Positions 23,401 through 33,700 of a stretch of DNA of 64,000 nt are shown one piece after another (positions within the stretch are counted from its first letter, which is position 1; each line of letters begins with the position of its first letter). The notes under the pieces were generated by a model. The model saw only the letters and a program-made list of their open reading frames with translations. It was not told the DNA's origin and ran no database searches. The position numbers and the translations under genes are program-made. Source of the DNA: Balanoglossus misakiensis (lineage: Eukaryota; Animalia; Hemichordata). The DNA lies in assembly GCA_040954595.2 (NCBI GenBank), contig CM082586.2, positions 6,851,337 through 6,915,336 on the forward strand. Reading direction: 5' to 3'.

Positions 23401-26400
23401 ACTGTGGTATATGGCTGATATATCACGGTCACATGTCGTGTCTCGACCAATCAAATAGCTTGATTTACACCATCAATATACTGGTATAATATAATTGCAC
23501 ATATTTTAGCACTATGCGTCACATTAAAATTTGATAAATAAAATGTGTGATAAAATAAAATGAAATAAATATACAGAAACTCCCAAAATTAAACAGTAAT
23601 ATAATGACATACAATTACATGTATGCCATATGATACAATATACGATATGATATGATATATACTATGCATGATTTAATATGACGTATGACAACATATATTA
23701 CTGATTTGTAAAATGTCACGTGACTTTCATAAAAAAATTAGATTCAAATATCACTATTTCTTTTTCAGGCAATTTCGCGAAGATTCTTATGACAGCAAGG
23801 TCAATATGACCTCAGAATGCAATTTTCGATGTCAGTGTGATCAAACTTATCAACCTGTCTGTGGGGAAAACGGTGTGACGTACTTCAGCCCTTGCTATGC
23901 AGGATGTGAGACTATCGTACGAGACGGTGAAGCAGATGTTCGCTTGGTAAGTTGCCATGCCACGTTCCTAAAAGAACTATTTTGTTGAATGATTCAGAGA
24001 CAAATCTGAACCCATTTCTGGCTACCTTAAATAGGTTTTTAGGTCCCATTGGTATGTACCATGGGACCTTATGGGATCGGTTGCGTCTGTATGTATGGAT
24101 GGATGTATGGATGGATGGATGTATGTCTGTATCATGTTTTAGTTTGTGCTAAGGGGTCAAATCACATTATAATAATTGCATTCTGGGTAAAAGGTCGACA
24201 ACTCACTGTAAAGACCTTAAAGAAATGACATCCTTTGATCAGAAATCTCTGCCTTTGTAGTTGGCATATGAAACTCATTCAACTGTTTCAAATGTTGTTA
24301 CAAAGTTTCAGAATGACCCAATATAACTTTAGCTTATGAACCATTCTTAAACTTGGCAAAAAATTGGCCATCTTGAAATTGTGTCGACCATATGAGATTT
24401 TCATCACTCACCTAGGTAGCAAAAATCCTATTTAAGGTAGGGAGAATTCCTGTCGAATCTAGTAACATGAATCTTGAATTTTTGTTGCAGAATTTCACCA
24501 ACTGTGCCTGTATATCCGAGTACTTACAAGGTTCAGTCGAGAGCATCGAACCCAAAGTCACTTATGCGACCTACGGCAAGTGCGTACGCGACTGCACGAC
24601 CGAGCTCGGTGTGTTCATGGTTGTGTTGATCGGTGTGGTCATTCTGACAGCGCTCACTCAAATCCCGCTCCTGATGACAACTTTGAGGTAAACAAACAAA
24701 CAAACACTAGCACCCTTCTAGTTTGGTAGATACGGATAGAAATGTGTTCTTATCCAGTGTGTATGCACCATACATATCTAGTAAACAGACAAACAAAGAT
24801 ATTATTGCTTGCATCAATAGGATAAACTGTATCAAGCTACTGGGAATGTGTGTATGCCCCGTGCTTTACATATCATGTGGAGTTTAGAGTGACAAACAGG
24901 TCATTAAGGCTGCATTCACAAACACCTCTGGAGGGGGGGGCGGGAGAATTCAATTTTTTTTACCGCTAATTTTCACATGCCCCCCGTACACAACCCGAAA
25001 AATTTCAAATCCCCCCTTCCGAACTGCCAAAATTTTGAAATCCCCCCCCCCCATTTTCTTTCACAGAGCAAAACACATCACCTAGTATCTATCTTGTAAA
25101 AAAAGAAAAACAGCGCTCCCATGAAAAGAATTTGAAACTGATGTACCCCTTCACTGAACATTGTTTGTATTTTTTAAGTATTTGTATTCTGTGTTGGGAG
25201 ACATTGTAAACCGAGAATTGAAGGGGGTGGGTGTGGGAGGGGGTGTCCCCCTCCCACGTAAGAAAATTTTATAAAATACAGAGCTCAAAGCTGCATTTTA
25301 ATGAACCCGGCAAAAGCAAATTAACTCAACTACCGGTATGTTGGGGAGGACAAATTTAACCGTCGCCGCTCAAAGTTATTATGGGGTTGGGGCAAGTCCC
25401 CTGACCTGGGACACTAGATAAACCAATCAATGATTGAAAGGTGTTGATGAATGGAGGGGGTGGGTGTGGGAGAGGGTGTCCCCCTCCCCCATTAGAAAAT
25501 TTTGTAAAATAAGGGGGGCGAAACTGCATTTTTGTGGACTCAAAATAAATATTTAGTCGTCAAAGTTTTCAAGTCCCCCCTTTCAGTCCCTAAATTATTT
25601 CAAATCCCCCCCCTTACATACCCTCAATTTTTTCAAATCCCCCCCTCAATTCTCCTGCCCCCCCCCCTCCAGAGGTGTTTGTGAATGCAGCCTAAGTGTA
25701 TATCTATCAAAATTTTCAACAGATCCGTTAAAGAAGATGAGAAGCCATTTGCTCTTGGAATGCAATTTGTACTATTCAAAGCCATAGGTGAGGCCCAGTA
25801 TCAAATATTATGCATTTATCAAGTCGTGCAATTTCATGGGTTACACAACATTTATGCATTTTTACCTCATTGAGAGTAGACTCAGTTATCTGTGTTGCAT
25901 CGTTTGAAAGTCAGTAGTATAAAAGACAATCATTATAAGTTCTAGCTGATATGCTGATGAACATTTTGCGTTTCATGGGATATTGTTTTAAGTTGTCAAA
26001 GTTAAGGACTCTTTATATGTACTTTAGTTTGCCTTATACTTAAAGGGACAAAGTCTCTCTCTCGTCACCCTTTTTCAATTAATTTTGTCTGATACAAGAC
26101 ACCGTTTATGTTATTCTACATGTAGATATAGTGAATCAACATTCGACCACACACAACTTCCATCCCACTTGCAGACACGAGTGAAAAACTCACCAAAATG
26201 AATAATCGGTGTTTACCTTTTATTCATTTTGGCGAGATTTTTACTCTCATATCCTGCAACTTGTTATAATATATCTGTTCTCATTTTATGCTCTTGCAGC
26301 GTACGTGCCAGCCCCGATGTATTACGGCAGATCCATCGACGACGCCTGCATGATTTGGGAGAAGCACTGCGAGTCGTCCGGAGCTTGCTTAGAGTACGAC

Positions 26401-26685
26401 TTGGAGCGTTTCAGATTCGTCTTCATCGGTCTGAGCACGGGGCTCAAGTTCCTCTCCCTCATCTTTGTCTTCTTCGCGTTCCTCGCCACGAGGAGACGGT
26501 ACAAACCGAAGACCGTTGACGACAAGGAGACGACAACCAGCTGCGCGCAGATTGAAACCGAATTTACCGTGGCTGGTCAGACGCAAGCCAACACCCCGAA
26601 CACCGTATCTGGAACCCTCGATCAACCAATGGAGATACACCCATCAGCGTCATCGAATTTTCTGTCACTGGAAACATCTATATGA
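17455..26685 (+). CDS. SLCO5A1: Solute carrier organic anion transporter, SLCO5A1-like (gene A; 725 aa, 8 coding exons)
   Basis: Exons 17455-18127, 21959-22276, 22550-22714, 22926-23121, 23769-23946, 24491-24687, 25723-25787, 26300-26685; total 2178 nt in frame. OATP signature DPRWIGAWWGG; Kazal-like loop CNFRCQC...YQPVCGENGVTYFSPCYAGC. SYLGGRG and SVKEDEKPFALGMQFVLFKAIAYVPAPMYYG resemble recalled vertebrate SLCO5A1 more than other families; PRDM14 linkage supports this. Orthology not tree-tested. Confidence 0.88.
23184..23490. mobile_element. Palindromic non-autonomous element (long hairpin 23184-23326 plus tail), possibly Crypton-like
   Basis: agcaataaaacacccccagccatggtatacca...tggtataccatggctgggggtgttttattgct with inner arms attttgaccagttca/tgaactggtcaaaat. 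The family call is by resemblance only. Confidence 0.65.
24908..25692. mobile_element. PIF/Harbinger-type MITE (~785 bp)
   Basis: TIR ggctgcattcacaaacacctctggagggggggggc... / ...gcccccccccctccagaggtgtttgtgaatgcagcc, TAA on both sides, internal direct repeats near 25221 and 25455. Confidence 0.85.
26044..26260 (+). mobile_element. TTAA-AGGGACA foldback element (Kolobok-like), truncated copy
   Basis: ttaa|agggacaaagtctctctctcg...; homologous to 29139-29473 and 35378-35598. Confidence 0.8.
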
Positions 26686-29138
26686 CATTAAACATGTAAC
26701 AGTGGAGAGGGCCTGACATGTATTTAAGACATGATTAACTTAAGTTCCGGTAATTGTTTCATAATGTAAATGAAATAAAATATTTCTGTGAGCAAAATTT
26801 AATCTGAAAAAAGTATTCGAAATATAAGATTAAATAATCAAGCTCAAATAAACATGGTGGCTTTCTTTGGTTAAGAGGCTGATGTATTTAGACAAGTACT
26901 ACCGGTAAATGCACAAAAAGTCAATAGGGATGATGGACACCCAAGTTTCTGTCAACAGTCAGGAGTGTGACCATAAAATATTACTACCAGAACTATCCCA
27001 GCTTTCGCGTGCAGATCTTCAATGTGTTTGACGCACACATTTAACGTTTATGGGATTTACAGTTTTATTTACATTTTTTTCAGGTTTTGCCTCATTTTAC
27101 AAATCACTCACATAAGCATTTATGCAAATTAACTGTAAATATGCTAGCTTCCATATTCATGTTCCATCATTTATCTAATTTATTTATCACTGGTAACCTT
27201 GGTAATATACAAGATTTGAAGAGTACCCATAAATAATATGCTATGCAATTCGTGAAATATATTTGCTTAGTTTTTTTTAGGCTGAAGTTTTTTTTATAAT
27301 TACACATTTATATAGACTATTTAGTATTTACACGGACCAAATCAACCCTACCTACCCTACACATAGGTAAAATTACCATAGGTAGCTTTGCAATTAAAAA
27401 TGGAGTAGATGAAGTTGCTACTTTGTTCCTATGTATTTGAATTTCATTTAATAAGTTATAAGAGTGTTTGGCTGTCAACTAAGGTTATGTACATAACATG
27501 ACTGTAATAAAAACAATGGTGTAATTATTTTCATAAAGTTCTATATTTCTTTGTGGTTTGTTTGGGAAGCAAAATATTATGTCTGATGACATGTCAATAT
27601 CTTCAATGTATATTGTTTACTTCATGAAACTATATTAGCATCACAACAGATTGGTCGTTGTTCCAACTGAAATTTCATGTTAATTTTGACCTGTGTGTAC
27701 ATGATGGCTGTATATACAGCTGTTCTGTATATATAAAAATTGCAAAATATATTTAAATCTTAGAAGAAATGTACTGTATGTTCAGAATCACAGATTTTCT
27801 GAAGGAGTTCAACAGACCCTTTTTGGTCTGTTGTTAGCAATGCAGACATTACCAGATACATGTACTATCATAACAGGCAGTACCATAGATTTCAGTCACA
27901 TTACATCATACCTCCATTCGTTGCTAGGGGTCACAAGTCAGCTTTACTCAAATTTAATAAAATCTGCAATATTGTATTTTTGGGCCATTTTGCCCTATTA
28001 AAGGGGGCAATATGTGCCATTTTTGGCAAAGTCAGCTTATCCACTTGCTTTGAAATTAGCTATGCATGATGCCTTTGCGACAGCTTATTGTGATCAGAAC
28101 CAGCCAGCCTACAAGTCTGTACATACAGTCTGTACACGTGAACATATCAATGTTGCTTGCACATTCTAGCCTTGTTGCCTAAAAATCTGAAATATCTTGT
28201 AACTATGAAGCCTGCCTTGACTGTATCATTCTATATGAACTAGACTCTCTCACAACATTCATCTCGCCAGCTAATTAATCCTTTGCTAATTATTTGTGCC
28301 CTTGATGTTTCAGCAAAGCTCGTCTGGTGGTGAGCCGTCGAATTTTGCTGTATCTGTCATTATAATCTGTTTTGCATTGTGATATATATAACATATTGTC
28401 AGAGGAAGGAGAATAAAAGTAAAACTCAAATGTAACAAAAAATGTGTTAGTGTTTTAATTAATATTCCACTGAAATTTGTACCCCCCCCCCCAATAATAT
28501 AGTAATGCACCCCAGAGACAAGTGTTCATGATCAGTTAAGTGAGTCATCTAATACTTCTTGTATGCATTAATGGTTGTAAATTGGTTTATTTGGCTGTTA
28601 TATCACTACAAATGAAGCTCTAAATTTAAATGGATGCTATACAACAAGCTCTTCACATGTTCATTAAATTTCATTGTCTGATATCTTCACTTGGTAGTCT
28701 TCTGGAAACGATAGAATCTCGCAAATGTCGGTCCAATACCATGCACTGGACGAAAATAACCCAAAATAGGAAATCAATAACCGAATAAAAATGTAATTGT
28801 TTCAAATATTTATTAAATAATTACATGTATATGTACAATTATCCAATGTGCTCTATATTCATAAATATTCAATAAACTACGTGTTCAAATACACAGTCAC
28901 AAGACATTAATTGATAAAAATTATTGCATACTTTTGTTACTTAAGTTTTTCTTCGACAGCAGGTAAATTTGGAATACTATTATATGACGTTTCTGTAGCA
29001 CACAAGCGCAATTTCTAATTTTGTTACATACATATAAGGTTTATTTCAGCGATATCTTCTCATGATCAGAAAAAAAATGCCTCCACTCATCAGAGGTAAT
29101 AGATACTTCTTTTCTCACGTTAATTTTGCAATAATTGT

Positions 29139-29473
29139 TCTCTCTCTCGATGCCCTTTCTCCATATTATATTTGATACAAGACACCATTTATGTTATTCT
29201 ACATGTGGATATATAGTGAATCAACGTTTGACCACACACAACTTTCATCCCGTTTGTAGGATATGAGAGTAAAAATCTCGCCAAAATGAATAAATGGTAA
29301 ACACCGATTATTCATTTTGGCGAGTCTTTCACTCTTGTGTCTACATGCGGGATGGAAGTTGTGTGTGGTTGAATGTTGATTCCCTATATATCCACATGTA
29401 GAATGACATAAACGGTGTCTTGTATCAAACATAATTATTGGAAAAAGGGCATTGAGAGAGAGACTTTGTCCCT
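29139..29473. mobile_element. TTAA-AGGGACA foldback element (Kolobok-like), near-complete palindromic copy
   Basis: The two halves are reverse complements around ctcgccaaaatgaataa...ttattcattttggcgag; right end ...gagagagactttgtccct|ttaa. Confidence 0.85.
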
Positions 29474-30244
29474 TTAATTGCAGGGTGGGGTCATCCCATC
29501 TGCGGGTAGGGTCCCATATGACAACGTCTCCTAAATTTGGCTATAGCCGATACCTGGTAATAATTGTAAGCCTGAGAAAGTGAGAGAAGATGCTCACAGA
29601 AGTAAATAAGGCAGTGTGATCATATCCTCAGTATTTTTACAGTCCCTGAATTACAAATCTCTAAATCAATTAAGAGATTTTTGATTTATGATAAGATATA
29701 AATGTAGATTGCATCTCTGGTATGGGTTTGCTAAATAACAAAACCTCCCCAAATCTCAAAATCACCGGGTAGGTATTCATTTAAAAATATTACAAAAAGC
29801 TTTGTTCTGACTCAATTAAAAAAAAAATAACATACAATCATTCCTACTTAAGTCAGACCTTGGAGCTAGGCAGTCTTTTCGAATTTCATAGACAAGTCAG
29901 TCAATTTAAGAGAAGTTGGCTCTCGAAAATTAACTTGATACTTGCATCAATTTTCATGATTCAAAACACAATATACCGTAGCACAGTTGTAATGATACGA
30001 TTCTTTGCATCAAAGCATCTAAAATCATTGGACCCAGAAATAAATGTCTTTTTTTTCACTAGAATAACTACGGAAAGGCTCCTATCTTACAGAGGAGACA
30101 AAAATGATATGTATATATTCACACCAAGATTCACCATAAACTATTTACCGAAATGCAGTAATGTGGTAAATAATCATCAAGAAAATCTTGGACAAGTCAA
30201 TTACGTCATCACCAATAATTTGGCAATAGTAATATGGGGATATA

Positions 30245-30452
30245 CTGTAAAACACATTATTTTCACGAGTTGAAATTTTCGCGATATCAAGAGAGGCCAC
30301 TGTTTCGCGAGTATTAATTTTCGCGTTCTCTTATTTCATTCATTGCATCGTTATCTTCAAAAAAAACTACGCGACTTTTTATTTTCACGCTATTTTGGCT
30401 CTCGCGTATTTCGCGAAAAATTTATTGCTCGCGAAAATAAAGTGTTTTACAG
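30245..30452 (+). mobile_element. TA-flanked MITE (Tc1/mariner-pogo type), copy 1
   Basis: ta|CTGTAAAACACATTATTTTCACGAG ... CTCGCGAAAATAAAGTGTTTTACAG|ta; three near-full copies in the window. Confidence 0.88.
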
Positions 30453-30528
30453 TATTTTCAGTATTGTGGTAAATAATCAAGAAAATCTTGGACAAGTCCA
30501 TTACGTCATCACCAATAATTTGGCAAGA

Positions 30529-30673
30529 CAGTCAAACCCGTGTATAGTGGCCAGTCAAGAGACTTTCATAAACTGGCCTTTATAGACAGGTCAATTAATG
30601 CACATGTAAGTTGCACAGGGACTGTAACATAGTGGCTACTATATAGAGGTGGTCACTAACACAGGTTTGACTG
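30529..30673 (+). mobile_element. Tc1/mariner-type MITE (CAGTCAAACC...GGTTTGACTG|ta), copy 1
   Basis: TIR cagtcaaacccgtgtatagtggcca / tggtcactaacacaggtttgactg; reverse-orientation homologue at 54565-54728. Confidence 0.8.
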
Positions 30674-30710
30674 TAGTAATTTCGGGATATAATCTCTCCA
30701 TGTGAACACA

Positions 30711-33700
30711 TCACTCCTGTTTTTCAGCCACAGTTTTGCCCACGGCTGCTTCTTGATCCACTAAATTGACTTTGCTGTCTTCCCTTCCCATGCTAGTCAG
30801 AGAGACATTGGAGCCGTTCCTCAGCTTTGTAACCCCTAGCAACGCTCCGGGCTTGTTGCCGTTGTCCTCGTTCACGGCCAACGCCAAGTTGTCATTCCCT
30901 TCTATTTCTGTTTCGATTTCCTCGTCCCTCTTGCCGGGGATCGGCGGGGGTTTGTAGACGACCAGAGAGAGAATGAGGAAGACGATGGTACAGGAGAGGT
31001 ACACCACAGCCAAGATTAGGAATCGGAGGCCGAATTGATACGAGTCGTAGACCCAACAGGATCCCGTCTCACCGCACGACTCCTGCCAGAGGATGCATGA
31101 ACTGTCGATGACGGCACCGACGATTATTGGTCCCGGAATTGTACCTGTCATGAGGAAGCAAATAACAGATTGAAGTTTACAAGAGGAACGTTGGAATGGT
31201 AACAGGCTCGGTTCAAAGCTTCAAACTGTACACTGTTTCTTATAGAAAAATATGTGGTATTTGTTTCTTGTAGATTAGACTAGCCAATCTGTGGGATATG
31301 TATTTGTCCATTTCTGCGAAAAACATGAAACATCGCTTTTGGAGAATTTTTCTCCGTACCTTTAATGGACCACAAGGTCAAATGCATAAACATTAGTATG
31401 TGTGTGTGTATGTCAGATGTCAAATCTAATGGAAATACAACAAAAAATGGAGAGGAAACCATAGTGAGGGCACGTCGAATTTCACTCACCAAAAAGTCGG
31501 AGACACACAGACTGAATCCCCATGGCGAAGCTTCTCTGCCTCTCTGGAACACACCTGGATTTGGAGAAGGAAGTCGAGACAGAAACATCATTAAAACTCA
31601 AAGCGAGGCCAATGGGGAAAGTTGCCCAATCACATCAAGGGGATTTGGGCTGTATGAGAGCACTAGACTTATGAAAAGGGTGCATTAGATTCGATATAAG
31701 GCAAAAAAATAATATGTGCTGTTCCGATTACATGGTTTGCAAAAATAGGGTAGGTAGGTAGGTAGGGAATTTTTTTATTTTGCAATTTTTTTATTTCTCT
31801 GGCCGCCGTAGTGTAGACGAATGATGTAATGGTTCTTGTGTGATGCGCACCATTTCGTCATAGTTCTCGCATGATTCACACAATTTTTATAAATTTTGTA
31901 TATTTGACATGGTTATTTTTACTTCCGGGTTTACAAAGCTCTAAAAAGTTTAGGGTCGGCGGGTTAAAATTAGGGTAGGTCGGGTAATCGGAACAGCTCA
32001 TTTTTTTGGGGGGGGAGGCCTAATGACACTTACCTGAGAGTGATCGCGGTTCCGGGCACGGTAAGTTGAAAATTGAAGAGCATGGAGAGGAAGAAAAGCG
32101 TCAGGAAGATTGGCAGAGTCCAGCAGTCGGAGTTACACATTGCCTGGCTGACACAACCAAACTCTTGAACAGCGCCATCTACAGTGCAATTTGCAGCCGG
32201 GATGCACAGGCAGTCGTAGTATTTCTATCCAAATCAAAGCCGGCCAATCAAAACGTTTGTAACAAAAAAGAAAAAGATAAACAAAAATAAGCTTCTGCGA
32301 GGACAGAGGGAAAGAAAGCTTCTCGCGTGCGAAAAAAAAAACTTCAATGACTTGGAAATGTTTCGATTTTCCATCATCACTTGTTGGAAGCGCGTTAAGC
32401 TTGCACGAAGCAAACCACTTGAGACACAAATCTCTACACTGCAAAATCAGTTATAAGCAGGGCAGCAGATAAAAATGGGCGGGCGGCAGGGCACAAAGTA
32501 AAGGGGGATTGTCATGCTAAAGCACATGGGCAGAACACTGTATTTGAAGACGAGTGACATGACTTGATCTCTGTAGGTGTATCTGTTTAGATAAACATTT
32601 TTGACCAAGTAAAGGTCCCCTTCTGCATTTCTGTTAATTGGTACAATGGTCAGACAGGTACGAGATTTAGAATGATTCATCCCCTGCCAAGAGTTCAAAC
32701 TCAGATAATTTCTCCACCACTTCCCTCATGCACTCTCACCTTATCCTTTTCAGAGTATCTCTTGCAGCCAGCGTGGCAGGGATCGAAGTAGACTCTCTCG
32801 TTATTGGCACACACCGGAGAATACACATCCAAACCACAGTCGCATCCAGCGTTGCACGCATGGGTCAAGTTCACCGAGCTGAAGTCACTGTCAATGAAAT
32901 AGAAGAGAATTCAAAATGGCCGCCATGTCTTTGAGACCAATCAAGGACAAACCTCTGGAATCAGTTCACTTTTTTATTTCATGTACAAGAAGTTCCTTTA
33001 ACAAGTAACAGATGCGCAAACAGTGAGAACAGACCTATCAAGATACTGTAAAATACTTTATTTTCGCGAGCAATAAATTTTCGGAAATACGCAAGAGCCA
33101 AAATAGCGTGAAAATAAAAAGTCGCATAAATTTTTTTTGAAGATAACGATGCTGTGAATGAAATAAGAGAACGCGAAAATTAATACTCGCGAAACAGTGG
33201 CCTCTCTTTTAACTCGCGAAAATAAAGTGTTTTACAGTATAAGTATTCCACACCAATCTGGAAATCAATGTGTAGTCTAACACACATAACTCTTAATAGC
33301 TTTGAGTCAATTTGAGGATTTCCAGAATTTCTCCGAGTCAGCATATCACCTTTGCATGCAGTGTAGATAATTGTATTGAGTCGCCAGTGAGTTTGTTGAG
33401 TTTGTTGCTGCGTCATATGGGCTTAGAGGGCACACTACTGACAATGCACCTACCTATTCGACTCATAAGGCACATGGACACCTGCGAGGGGTGGTTTGGG
33501 ACATCGCAGCAGAAACACGGGGTTGAGGATCAAGGCTATGACAGCCACCACGATGGAGTACTTGATCATCCCCTGCACGTTGAGATTAAACTTCTTGATG
33601 ATCCAGCCACCGAGGAACGTGCCACCGGCCGCTCCGGGAACAACCGCCACCCCTGTGGGGAGAAGGAGATCAAACATTAAGGTCTTGATCGATGCGATTG

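Noticed and set aside
29860-30585. 137-aa and 80-aa ORFs between SLCO genes A and B
   Set aside because: AT-rich UTR and MITE sequence; the repeated peptide comes from the 70-bp duplication.
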